Source of the DNA: Acanthaster planci
Lineage: Eukaryota
Direction: 5' to 3'
Assembly: GCF_001949145.1 (NCBI RefSeq)
Contig: NW_019091355.1
Location: forward strand, 4,475,374-4,539,373
Length of the DNA stretch: 64,000 bases
The notes under the pieces are model-generated. The model did not search any database. It was given only the letters and a program-made list of their open reading frames with translations, and was not told the DNA's origin. Shown here piece by piece: positions 37,161-61,015 of this stretch. Each line of letters begins with the position of its first letter. The stretch's first letter is position 1. The translations under genes and the position numbers were made by a program.

Positions 37161-37551
37161 ATGTTCCAATTCGCCGACCCTGCTCCTACCCATGCCGTGG
37201 CCACGCTTCCCTTCAGCCGAATGAAAAGCCCGTCTTCCCCCGCAAAGAGCCCAGCGGGAGCGGTTCTCGGCACACTCCTCGCCCCGGAGCCCTCCAGAAC
37301 TGGCCAACCACTGACCACGGAGAGCTACACCGACTCGGCTTCATCCACGAACGCACCCTGGGGCTCGAGCCTGGCCGGGAATACTTCTACGAGTCCCGAT
37401 GCTGGCGCTGCACACTCACTCGGTGAGAGGCCGCCCCTTGAGGTTGACGTGGGCGTGTCAAAGGAAGGCACCTCTTTGAGAAGTAGGGGACAAGTTGACA
37501 CAAAGAGCCAGCAAGCAGACATTGAGAAATGCGGTGGAGAACAGACGCAAG
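37161..37551 (+). CDS. Pitx: Candidate distal alternative first coding exon of Pitx (130 codons, Ser/Ala/Pro/Gly-rich)
   Basis: ATG-initiated GC-rich ORF ending at a strong AAG|GTAAGT donor in phase 1. This is compatible with the phase-1 acceptor at 49527 and would give 383 aa. Confidence 0.65.
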
Positions 37552-39552
37552 GTAAGTTCTTTTCTACTCAGGTTGGTAAAAAAAAAATGCATGTCAGTTT
37601 ATAAAATATCAGCCATGCCCATAAACGCAGAATTTCTTCACCAAATTTCTACAGTATTAAAGACATATAATAAACCCGTGACAGTCAATTTCCATTTAAG
37701 ATTTTGCAATTTCCTAAATCACTTGAGGCAGTTTTCATCTATGAAGTCTATGTGCTATTGTCTGCTGACATTTTCCAGTGTCTCATTTTGTTTCATATTT
37801 TATATATTCTACATTATAACCATGAAATTGCGGCTTCAAAAACTTAGGCTGGGATCTTTTTCATACAAACGGAATTCAACTTTTGAAATGTATTAACATT
37901 TTGTGCCATTGCTTGCCGCGATAAGTAACGCCTTTCGACGTTTTACGTTACGTGCGTATATCAAAGTACACAGCCGATCGTAAAAATTAATTCGCATGAT
38001 TCCCCAGTCTTTAGACAAGTGCAGAAAAATATTAACAGATCTGGTCAGGAAGGCCTCCTTCCAAATTGAGACAATTACCTTAATCCTATGCAAATTTATT
38101 CCAAGTACACTCCATACGGTCTCTGATTAAATTACAAATGTGAATAAACTGACTTATACTGGCACTGTGCATTTCGGTTCAGTTAATGAGCGCATTAGAA
38201 TGCAGAGCGTTTTCTCATCCAGTATTCCCGCTGTTTTACGCGTTTTAGAGAAACGGCTAAAAAGGACGATGCAATATGCTGTGTCTACCACGGTGAAGCT
38301 TAACAGATGCATCAGGTTGATGTTGTAAAATATCCAGCCTTATTTGAAAAAAAATCTTTTAACACTTAGCTTCGCACACAGTTTTTATGCAGCTATATTT
38401 TTGCGTAGCTCAGCATTTAAGTAAGACAATTCAGGTGTTAACTTGTTTGTCAAAACCGAAATATGTTTCTTTCTTATTTTTGAATTTACTATGGCAGACG
38501 ATATCAATATATAAACAACACAACGTACACAAACAGAGGTTATTCCTCAGTCTTTTGTTTCCATATGCACTTTTTTAAAGTTACGTAACCGCAGACATGA
38601 TGGGAGCAAATGGCTTCATCTCAATGCTGCCATCAATACCAGATCTTGAAAACAAACGCGCGCCTTTCAAAAATGACGAGGCAATGGCAAACCCACATGA
38701 AACCCTAGTAATGTTTTGTTTCAGGCCATTCCATCCCGCAACCATCCACAGAATGGCAACGTCCCAAATGCTGTTGATAAACTAAATGAATCTATTAAGA
38801 GAAATAAAATTCCCCGCAGTTTTTATTCACCCAAGTACCAGCATCGGTGTATTTTTTCATTATTAATTGAACCGCTGCTCTTCCTAGCGTATCCAAGAGA
38901 AAGGTAATGTAAATGATACCGGCATACTTTTAACAACCGCACAACTTCTGTCCCCGACGCGCAGAACAGAAAAAAAAAAGGTAATGAAATTTAACGCATA
39001 GATGACTTGGGCTATAGAGGTGCATTTTAATGCAAAAAGTCTGATCCGGTGTCAGAGTCTGGCAGAGGGTTTTAACGAGTGTGAATTTAGTCTTAGTTGG
39101 CATGAAAAGCCTCGGCACTTCTCTTATCATTACACATTCGAAGCACAGATTGTTTAAACTAGTGTATTTTTTACCGGTATCAAGACCGATGACCAGGCTG
39201 CCCCTCCGTCTGCTTGAAACAAAGCAAAACCACCGCTCTGCAAGAGAAATGAAATAGAGTTTGCCAAGTCAGAGTTGCTCCTTAAGTGGTACTGCGCCAA
39301 CAAATTGCCGATCGTCTGATGCCCATTCTCTCTGCGCATCGATGCGGTGATGTCCATAGGGGGCGCTGTTCGAGGCGTCCGTTCTCCCCACAGAGGTAAA
39401 ATCGTTTCCTCACGCCCCTGACAGACACCAATCATTTCGAGGCGCGACTGTCCTCTGCGCACCTGTAATTAGAGAGAGCAGTGCCGACTTTGGAACCGAC
39501 TTGGCGCTTCATGGTGTATGCACTAAGGCATAATCCATCATTCCGATTCCAG

Positions 39553-39698
39553 CAATAGATCGTATTCACGGCGTCCCCAATTTCAAAATCGTAGAATTGT
39601 AGAATATAGCCTGGTTCTTTGAATTTAACGTTTTCCAATAAATACACAACGTACGGGAATATGACTGAAATTGGGGACGCCGCGAATACGGTCTATTG
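39553..39698. mobile_element. 146-bp MITE with 33-bp terminal inverted repeats
   Basis: Left end CAATAGATCGTATTCACGGCGTCCCCAATTTCA vs reverse complement of the right end CAATAGACCGTATTCGCGGCGTCCCCAATTTCA (31/33). Confidence 0.85.
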
Positions 39699-42600
39699 AG
39701 ACGCTAATTATGCAACTCTCCAACACGCAGTCATCTCAGTGGTTTGACCGTGTCAACAGATAAAAACATAATAAAGAAAGAAACCAAAATACAAGAAGCG
39801 AGAAGCATACAAGTTTAGTGAAAAAGACCAGTACGATAACTGTAACACTCTGTCCAGTGTAAACATTGACCGACTTATGAGACATTGGTTGTATTGATTG
39901 TGCGGGCGACCAAGCGCCTTGAACATGCAGAGATTTACACCTTTAGAAAGGGAAGCACAGCAAAGTTTCGCCTTTTTGGACATTTCCTGAGCCGAGAGGA
40001 AGGAACGTTTGACAACAATGCTCTGCAAGAAACGTACACCGATAAAGTACTTGTGTTCAAACATGTGTGTGACTTCAGCTGACTAAATTCCAACCTCTGA
40101 GCAAAGAATGTGTTGTGTTGTTCAGTGGTGACATCGCGGAACACCGCTCGCATGAACTGGAATTATGAATGATGCTAGTCACACTTAGTGGTATTAACTA
40201 CGTTCCTTTACCTTTAACGTATAATGAGAACTTTGTTTCAAAAGTCCAAAAGGATATCGTCGCGTATCACGTTCGCTATTGTTCTCTTTTCTGAAGTTTT
40301 AATGTTTTCTGTGTGATTCCCTGCCCTCATGCAGGCGCGATTCTGACAGTGTGTTCCTAATGTTTGTCAAGTAGATCTGTTTTTACTCACGATAATTTGT
40401 ACACTACAAATTATCGCTCGGGGAGAACTAGAGTCTCTGGATCAAAATGAAATGGATGTCAGTCGTAAACATTCATGACAAAAGCCACGTCCACAGTTTC
40501 GCTTCGGCAGATAAATGGGCCTCTTATGAAGAAAATCGTTTAAATTTCATAACACATGTTTCGTAGCCTCCGGTGACAAGTCTGATCTCACGACAACTCT
40601 TTACCTTGCTTCGAGAGGTTGGCTGTAACCCCCCCCCGCCTCCATCCTTCCGTAGCCGAAGTTTGACTCTGACAATAAGCAGAACGATCAAGTCGGCGGC
40701 AGGTTTGACAAGGTTGAAGAGGAGATCGGACGGAGAACAGTATCGCCTCTGAGGAAGTGCATTTCCCGCCGAAACCACTTGAGGAGCGACTGAGCGTAAC
40801 CTCAAATGAGTGCTTTGTACAAAGCCCCGCTTCAGAATCCTATTGGTCGGGTCTGGAATGTAACAATGATAAAGGCCGGCCACGGCAGACATATAGCGCC
40901 ATCGCCGCTCAGCTCAGAGGGGTAGGGCTGGTCGGGATTGGACGGGATTAACTGGGCCCATCTTGTTACGGTTCCAGACGACGGGCCTGACAGGCATCAC
41001 GAACCATAAAGTAAACCAGATATCGCGACTCCGTGAGATCACGGAAGTTGCTGAGGTAGGATCCGCCAGAATTTTCGACTGTGAATCTTTTAAACCTGAA
41101 GATGAATCCTTTTGGCCAATGGGTTTATGGAAATTTCAACACCAATAATTCGGGGCTTTCTGCGAGGAATGACAGAAATGAATCCAATACTTTAGAGGCA
41201 GTAATTTAAAATTTCATTATTTATGCTGTAAAATGTTTTATCCTCAACACCCTTCAAAATATTTCAACTAGTGAATGCAACTAAACAACCTAGTAAGCCC
41301 CAAAGTCCTTAATCTTTAAATATCAGTACAATTTTGGTGCACACTAAGCAAGATTTGCACCCTGAACTCGAGTGTTTAAGCGGGGAGTCCACAAAAATAT
41401 GATTTTTTTTTAGGACGATCCATTATAATAAATTTGAATATATTACATTTGCTCAGTCTGAAAATAAGCGCAACACTGGATTTCCTGTGGGACGCCATAT
41501 CACAGTCATACCAAAAACTTATTTTTCGATGTCTATAAGAAGAAAAAGATCGACATAAACTACCACTTCTTTAATTTTCAACGGTTAAGCTCGGACTCAA
41601 CCACTCTCTTTACCATGCAATTATAACAGTACGAATGTCTGAAATCTAGGTCCTGACTACCGAAAAAAAAATTCCATTGGACATCGCTTTTCCTGCTGTT
41701 GTTTTCTTAAAACCCCCAAATCTCTTTTCACACCTATCCAATTAGGTGTATTGTACCTGACAGTATTCCTGAAAATACTAGTAGGGTCTCGCTCCCTCTC
41801 TCTCTCTTTGCTGAAGTGACCTCGGTGCCGTCGTTTCTCACCGACACCCCCCCCCAGTCCTGCCTGTCGAGGACACGCCCGGCTGGGTGCTTTTCTTTCG
41901 GCCGGCTACGGGCCGATGTGAACGGCCAGCGTGGGGTAAAGTCTGCGCTCGTGTTGCTCGGGGACTCCGGAGATCTCCCTTTTCTGTTCCTTCCTCAATT
42001 GCTCCGCAATCGTCCCCTTGTGAATGATTGTTTGTCTAATTGGGGATAGAGGGTGGCTTTCTTGTTCCTCAGTAAAAGGACATGTTTGTGTTGGGGGGGT
42101 GTTCTGGTAAAAGGCCGATTGTTGACATGTCGAGCTCATAGGGGTAAACCCATCCAAGTTGTCCATCAACCGAACAATGCAGAATTATCTAGGCCGAAAC
42201 GACAGCTAATGATTCAAAGCGAGGCTCACAGGTGAACCGTCCTTCGTGCCAGCCCCACTACATAACCATTCAGTTGGCGCACTTAACACTGGAAGATGAC
42301 CAAAACCCTTCAGCCCCCTGTGTTTTAGTTCAGAATAACCTCTGGATCATGACTACCTTTACAGCAAAGTTTTTTTCAATTTCTTGTAGCTGAGGTAGTC
42401 TACACGATCTTAAAAACATGACTGGCCCATTATCATTTCAAGATATGCCGAAGTTACAACGGCATACAATGAGCAGACGACAAACTCGCACAGCGGGGGC
42501 AACATTTTCCATTGTGGGCAAGTCCTGTTGCGTCCCACAAAAGGTTGGGCTGGCCAACAAAGACCACCGACGGATTTGGCCGTGAACAGGACACGTTAAC

Positions 42601-45600
42601 AATTCTCCGGACCATCATTTTGCCTCTCAAAATATTATCAATGGGCACAATTATCTCTCTTTTGGGCTTCTCGTCGAAAATATTTCAAAAATGCACTGTG
42701 AGAAACTTGTGAGGTGTAAGTTGTAAATGGTGCGGTGTAGCGGTTTGATTGTAGCTTGTAACACTCTGGAGTTTCAACCTGCGGTTGGTCAGACTCTTGC
42801 GAAAATTATGCAGGCCGAGCCAGTGGTCGGTGGAGGGACCTTTGATTCCGATGAAGTGGAAATTGACGGGCTAGAGCTGACGACTTTGGATTCAGTCAAG
42901 AGCGTGGATAACATGGTTATCGGGAGAGCAGGTAACTTGGGCTGTTAGACACCGAAAAACAAACAGTAACTAAAACTCAAACACCGAAGCTTTCCTCCTT
43001 AATGCCAACGGACAAACGAGGACAGTGACGAACCTTTAATGTTGTCGGTGGAGAACGGCTTTTACACAAGATTTTTGGGGGCAGTAGTGGTGGTAGTCTT
43101 CGACAAAAAAAAAAAAATCGAGGAACCACGGTGAAAACGGTGCTGCGAAAAATCAGCTCTGGACGAAATGTAAAAGTCGCAAAACTAACCTTGCTTGTCT
43201 GCAATCGACTTGATCACTGTAGGCCTATATATTTTGTACATTTATAACAATGGCAGGTCCCATTTTGTGGTTAATTAGATATAAAAACGGTGCTGGTTTA
43301 ATAAGTTTTTTCAAGTGGGGGTTTTCTTTGAAGGCAAATCGGAATAATTCCTGGGTCAATCAAGAAAAATGATTCTAGAGTACAGGTTTCGCTGAAAATA
43401 AATCAGTCAGTATTCAACTTAAGGAAGCGCTACAATATCTGATTGTGCTGTTACGTTTGATAGAGCGTTAGATACTAAAACAGGGCCAGAGTAAATCTAT
43501 AAAAATTGAAATCAATGTAAAGTGCACAAGGTGCTTTTGCCATTTGAATTCAAACAAACAAACTAACGGGACATGCTTTGTAGTCTGTCGAGAAGTTATG
43601 TAATCCAGCTCAAAGCCAGCTCCGTCTTAAGTCTTGAAAGTCTCGCAATGTTCTTAATGCATAGAGGACTTTAGGTGGGGATTTGGCGGCATACGGACAT
43701 TTAGCCCCGCGAATTCATGAGGCTTGCGCGCGGATTTAAAGCATGGAAATGACTGACAACAAAAGAAATTGGCTTGGCTTGCTTGCTGTTTTTTTTTTGT
43801 ATTTCCATCGGGCTGTTATTTCAGCATCAACCGCTTGATTTTGTGAGTTTTAATTTTAAAAGGGCGAAGCGGTTGACTGTCAGTGGGGACCGAGCGCGGA
43901 TTACAGACTCGGCGTAGCGCGAAAATGCCGGGGCCCTGACTAGTGTTACAGCGGCCCTTACCGTTCAGCATGCAGAGCGATGGACGGCGCTTCGTAATGC
44001 CTTTTTTTTCCACCTCAGTTCATATAATATATATATATACATTCGCATTGCTACCGCATGCACCTTTGTGTTTCCATGATGGACGAAGGAGGGGGGGTGT
44101 AGAAAGGCCGTGGAATTGGCTGTAGATCCCTGTTGATCCTCTCAGAATAGAGATACACGCATGACACAAGCGACTGATGCTAGGAAGCTATCCCCTGGAA
44201 GCTCTAGCTTATTTGAAATTCATGGGCATGGTGCTCCCCATAGGCCTTGGCGCGGGCCTCGCCGTTCACGCTGCCGTACTCGGCCGAGGCATTGCCGATC
44301 GAAAATGCAATTTTCATTTCGCGGCGGTCTAATCCACCGGGCTGATGAGTAGCATCCGATTTTGTTTGGTTGGTAAACACACCCCTCCCGTATCTCTGTG
44401 CTACTGTTTTCACAACCTACCCCCTTTCTTTTCGCACATGAATTTTAAAAAAAAAAGTAAGAAAAACGGGAGAAAGAAGGGTTCGAAAATCGTGTCAACA
44501 GTTTCTTGGCATAGAAACAATCGTCCCTGAAAGATAAATGCACGTATCCTGCGGCAAAACAGGATCATCTCCGGTTTTTTTCTGCTCTTATCTCTGACAG
44601 AAACCGGGCTCCATTACCCGTTTTCCCCCCTCATCCTCCTTATTTACCGCTTTCCCGACATTATCAAATTTCGATGCAATGGCTTAGGCCGTGAGCCGTC
44701 CAGATTCAAGCTGAGCCCGCGACGAGAGGGGACCCAGGAGTTGGCCGAAGCCCTTCAGTCCCGTAAACAAATTGACCAAATCTTCCGCGTAAGCTGCGTT
44801 CCAGTTTGTCCGGGAAAAATAAAGCGTTTTGTATGGCAGATCTGGGGGATTTGGGTTGAACTAGTTTTCTTATGGATCTGGGTAAAGTGATGCATATTTT
44901 ACTGACGTAGTCTCTGTTCGAATGACGACACAACTACTAAAAGACTTCATATTCAGATTCTAAATCTTGGGACAAAATATCTTCCTTTCGTTTGCATAAG
45001 GAAACATATTCTGTCATCCTCTCAATAAAATAAAATCAGCAAAAGTGAGCTGCACAGATCTATAGTCATTTTGAATATAAAATTTTATTCAATTCGAAAA
45101 AAAGCTCATTCGGTCACATAAAAGTTCCAAACGAGGAAAACCATTTCGGTGGAGAAAATGAAAAGCAATAAATCCGTGTGTGAACACAACTCAGTCCATT
45201 TTTACAGTAATGCAAAATATTAAATCTTAAGATTCTGCAAATTGTAGAATTTGTAGAGGTATTTTATACTTATGTAATTTCTTAATCCTGTTATGAATTT
45301 TTTAAAAGTTGCACATAATATTTGACAAGCCCATATCCGTTCAGCAAGTGAATGGTACTGAGGTTATTCATGACTTTTGGACATGCTTTGCAGTTTTGTG
45401 ATTCCTTGTGGAATTGTAATTTAATTCGATGGCACTGTATCCTCCATTATTTTTGTGCCTGACCTTCAGGATCTGCCCCTGTTTTTTGGCATGAGTCAGA
45501 AAGTTGATAATGGCGATTGTGGTTACGGTGGTGCGCATGTCACAGTGTGATTTGGATCTTCCAAGTCTCTTTTGTCTCGTGGACAGTGCCACGTCGTTTG

Positions 45601-45639
45601 CAGCATCCATCGCGTTCCCGTTTCAAGTGGGTTTAATTA

Positions 45640-45910
45640 GCCCATAGTTTCCATCAATCACAGTGCACAGATAAAGATAAACGAGAAAGCTCCGAGGATT
45701 TTGGCGTTTTGAATCTGATACTTACGGAGAGGAATTTTGGACTTCCGTCCCACCAGAAAGAAGCACCTGCAGAGCAGAGAGCTAATGTCACTTATGATTG
45801 ATGGTGGGCCGGAGCGTAAATGAGATGAGATCCTAAGCTCGCCATTGGTCCAGCATTGACCTTAGACCACGCCCGCCCTACTTTGCTCTCCGCAAGTCCG
45901 TGACGTCATC
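45640..45910 (+). promoter_or_regulatory. Candidate Pitx proximal promoter/enhancer cluster
   Basis: CCATCAATCA at 45651-45660, TGATTGATGG at 45795-45804, TGTCA at 45786-45790, ATTGG at 45844-45848, GC box CCACGCCCGCCC at 45867-45878 and CRE TGACGTCA at 45901-45908. Confidence 0.5.
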
Positions 45911-46700
45911 GAGTAAGTTGCAAGAGGCCAAGTAAATGGGTGAAGTTTGTACCCCTGTCTCTGTCGACAAAGAAAAACCAAGAGGGATACGGTCACGATT
46001 AGAACACGAGCCCTTGTCTTGACAAAACTCCGGAGATCGTCAGCGTTGGGGTCTAACCGGTGTATTGTGCCCAAGAAAATAGGTCCTGTGTGTAGCGCGC
46101 CACGGGTGTCCCTGCGTCGCCTTCGAAGTGAGAGGTACGTTTGCACTACAGTTCCGCCCGCAGGGTTTTCTTGTGCACGGGAGGAAAGAGAGCCGGGCAA
46201 AAACGGCTTACAAATCTGGGCCATTGAATCAGCGCAGTTGATTGCATGGACCGGTTTCGCGAATCCCATCCCCGGGATTTACGTTCCCCTCAGTGAGGGC
46301 GTGCCAAGCAGGTAGATTTCTCCAGAAGGACCACGCTGTTGCATATTCCGGGAGGGAGGGCCGGCCCGTCCCATGCTGTCAGCGAGCTGGAAGTCTAACC
46401 GCGTTGGACTTGGCTGGGCCGGTTTCTATCCGTTCGGATTGCCTACGGTGCAGCCCACTTTTTATACGGCTTCGTCGTTTAGCAAGCCCATCGTCATCCT
46501 TGCAAATCCTCCCTAAGTTCGTCATCACCAGGGCTCTCATCAACGTCGACATCAGCAGTAGCAAGCACCGGGGAATCATCAGCATAAACACCCATTCTGC
46601 TGCGCGCGTGTGTTTTTTCCCCCATTTTTTTTCTTGTATTCATCATCTTCTTCAACAACCCGGCCTGAGTCTCAACCCCTCCTTGATTGATAAATACACC

Positions 46701-57490
<10,790 letters not shown>

Positions 57491-60400
57491 GAGGTATAGC
57501 CTCTAGTATGATTCTATCTATGTATTCCTACATCAGTTCTTCTTAGAGGAAAAAGTTATTGTTTGGAAAGCAGTATCGTGCAGCGTGTTACAATGGGTAC
57601 TGAACTCAACGGTGAAATGTCAGGACCGGAATTTACATGTAAAAGTAGAAAAGCAAACACAAAACGTGGGATTTCGGTATCTTGTTCATTATAACAATGT
57701 TATACTTGCATGATGTTTTGGTGGAGATGTGGCAGGAAAAAAAATGAAACTGGCCATGGTGTCATTTCGAACATGTCATTTTAGTGTTTTCAAAAGCTTT
57801 GTTGTATGCAGACTGCACGGACATTACCATGCCCATTGCACGTGGTCACAGAATATACGTAATGATGTACTTTTATTTACATGTTTTTAAATGCTAATTT
57901 CTGCCCTCGTCTGAAGAAATTAGTGACATTTTGCGCCAATGAACTAAGACTTTCGACCCTGTATTCATGTCGGTCTGTGAAGAGGAGCTTCATGAGGGCT
58001 GGAACCCTAAAATAACCGCCGGGTTGTTGCAAAAAATGCTTTTTGCAATTCAAATCCCATGCTCGAATAGCTCGACAGTTACACAGTTGTAAACAGAACC
58101 ATAGAGGTTTTGAACATGAAAAATTTACCAGCAAGCTTAGAAATTGACGATAGTAACAATTCTAAATAAATAATCAGTCTTCGTTCTAAGATTGTCCCGT
58201 AAAGTTTACCAGCACGAATATATATTAAGGAGATTACACGTAGGAAAAACTTTAACAATGCATGGGGCCCAGGAAGATCTTTTTTTTCGGTTCAGAATCT
58301 CTCAAGGGTTTTTTCTCTGGCGTGAATTATCGTGTAAGGGGAGCGTGTAAGGTGCACCAGCACAGTTGTGTCAGCACAAACTTCAATGTTAAACTTAATA
58401 CCAACGACAAATACGCTAAGAGTTAAGGTGTCAGTGTGCGATGGGCAACGGCTCCAAATGATAGATTTGCCCGACACAATCCAGCCAAGATCTTGACTTT
58501 GCTTCAAAATGAAGAGAATAATGGTGTGGAGCGAATGATGAAGGTGCGAATGAATGAAAGAAGTCATTCGTACTCTTGTTATTAGTATTTCGGTTCTCAG
58601 TGAATTGACATAATACAGCAACGAGTGAATGATTTTTCTCTCTCAAGGCCCTTTGCGAAATGTTTCAAATCTGTACAGGTTTTGACAAAGTATATGTACA
58701 TTCTTCACAAGTGGTAGCAAGCTTTCTCATTTTGGTAACTGCGAGTGTACTTTACGCACCAAAGGATTTCCAACAGTAACAAGAGGTTATGTAAATTATT
58801 AGATGTCAAAGAACTTTCTATTATATTGGAAAGATACTATCGAAGGATTACAGGGTCGAACACACATTTTCTACAAAGAGTGCGAAGACACTTGTATATA
58901 ATTTATGGAATACAAATTCATTCGTACTATGCTTGTTGAAGTTAATTTATGAAATTTGTTTCTTGTAGGTTTCCTTTTTAAATTCTTGATTTCAGTTATT
59001 TCTTGTAAGTCGTCTTCTTCGACAATCCGTGGCAAGCTTGTACGTTGATGGTTAGGGTGGCAGTAGGGCATAAGGACCGTGTACCAATATTCTGTGGTGA
59101 GCTATGTGAGGTACGACCCAACATAACTTACACATTGATTTTGGAAAAACAAATAGCGTGCATCCATGCAGCTAAGACTGGATCTAGGGAAGGGCCAACG
59201 AGGCCATGCCCCCCCCCGAAAAGGAGCCAAAAATGTTTTCGGAAATATTTTGAAAGGCGATTGAAGTATTTTTGGACTATTTTGGTCAATTTCCTTTCCT
59301 TTCAAAAAAGAGTGTAAAAGGCCCTCAAATCTGGCCTCACCCTTCATAAAGGCCCAAAAAGGTTACATAACAGATTTTTCAATGTCTTCCCCCCCAAAAA
59401 AAAAGTGGCCCCGGAATATTCGGTTCTGGATCTGCCTTTGTATGTACCAGACCACGGTTTTAACGATGACCCTGAGTTGAATTCCTCCAAGGAGAGCATA
59501 ATATTATCACAAAGGCCACATAGATGCGACAGTTGCCAAGGATTTCGTTTTCACACGCTACCATGCCGTTGTTAAATAATCTGTCGCTTTCCATGTACCC
59601 GCCTTTTTTTCTTTACTTATCATTGATTCCACTGCTTCTGGCGTGGTTACTTTTATTTCTGTTGCCACTGAGAAAAAAATGTTTGGTTGCTCGTTTATTC
59701 TGATTCAAAGCTTCCCGTTTTTCCCTTTATTAATTTCCACGCTTCGCAACTATTTACTCGGTTTTAATTGTCAGAGTAATGTTTGCTTCGTCAATCGATT
59801 GTTCTCTCTTTATGTATGCAGTCCAAATCATGTGATCCATCATCGTACTGAAAGGAAAAACTGTATTGCAGAGTTATCTCAAATTTATGTAAATTTATGT
59901 CACCATTTAAGTCGGTTTTTAGATCGTGGTGGTATTTTCACTCAAAAGTGTGGAATTTTTTTTAATGTTTACTTATACACCTCAGTGCATGTTCAGGTAG
60001 CTGAAACCGACATGCAAGATCAATTATTTACACCGTTGTGACTTTTTTTTGTTTGTCTCAGATAGGTAGATGCACTCTGTTGAATTGATATTGATTTCAC
60101 GAAGTAAAGCCACGAGTGGGGGTAACCTTTAAAAATTAGAAACTTTCTAACGTCAATAAATGGTATTCAAAAAGTATAGATTCCAACTCGTAATTGGTGT
60201 AGTTTTCTTACTGCGTCTTCCTGACATCTTTCTCATCCCATGACGGTGGCGTCTAACTTATCTTCAGTGCGCTGAAATTCGAGGATTTATGTTAGGGCAG
60301 AAATTTTCTCACAGAAAATTTGGAGTTTATTTATATATTTATTTATTTTTTTTGCCTTGGCCCTGTTAGAAAGTGACTCAAAGTTTGTCACCAAATAGTC

Positions 60401-60814
60401 CCCAGCCTGCAGCAGAACGAAATTACTATCCCTACGATGCTTTCTTGACTTCCATACCCCCTCCCGAACCGATCATACCGGGTACACGCCTACACGAAAG
60501 AACCTAGCGCTTCGCGTGTCATGTTTCAAATAATCGCCCAGTGACACAAGTGACCAGAGTCGAAATGTTTGCGAGAGGATGATTGATGCTTTGTATTAAG
60601 AGGTTAGTGGATAGTGACAATGGTAAAAATCCCCTAAAGGATTTCAGAGTCCGATTGCCTTAACCGGTAAACTCAACAAAGCTTTATTAAGCTCTGTTGG
60701 ACACAAAAATGTGACCAAAATGGGAGTGTTGAACTGAATCGTTTATTGTGTCGAGATTGGAGCACGTCACAGGAAAGACAACACCTCCCAGTATTGAACA
60801 ATAAGTGTGGCTCG

Positions 60815-61015
60815 GGAGGGGGGGTGGGTGGAACCCTGCTACGAGGGGGGGAAGGGGGAATGGCGAAAATGGTAATAAAAAAGTAACTTAAGTAAGTGCA
60901 ACAATGTTTGTCATTTGTAATGTTTCATCATCCTTTTCGCTTGTCCGCAAAATGAGACATTAAAAAAGATCTTCTGCCTGACCCCCTTGTGGAAAAATTC
61001 CTGGATCCGCCCCAG
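60815..61015. mobile_element. Family B-like MITE
   Basis: Ends GGAAAAATTCCTGGATCCGCCCC; internal similarity to 15085-15272. Confidence 0.55.

Noticed and set aside
46242..46700. 153 open codons upstream of and in frame with the Pitx ATG at 46701, with a phase-compatible acceptor at 46293/46294
   Set aside because: It starts at TTG and the translation looks non-coding (T-run-derived FFPHFFS). It is more likely 5'UTR, though a 37551->46294 junction cannot be excluded without RNA data.
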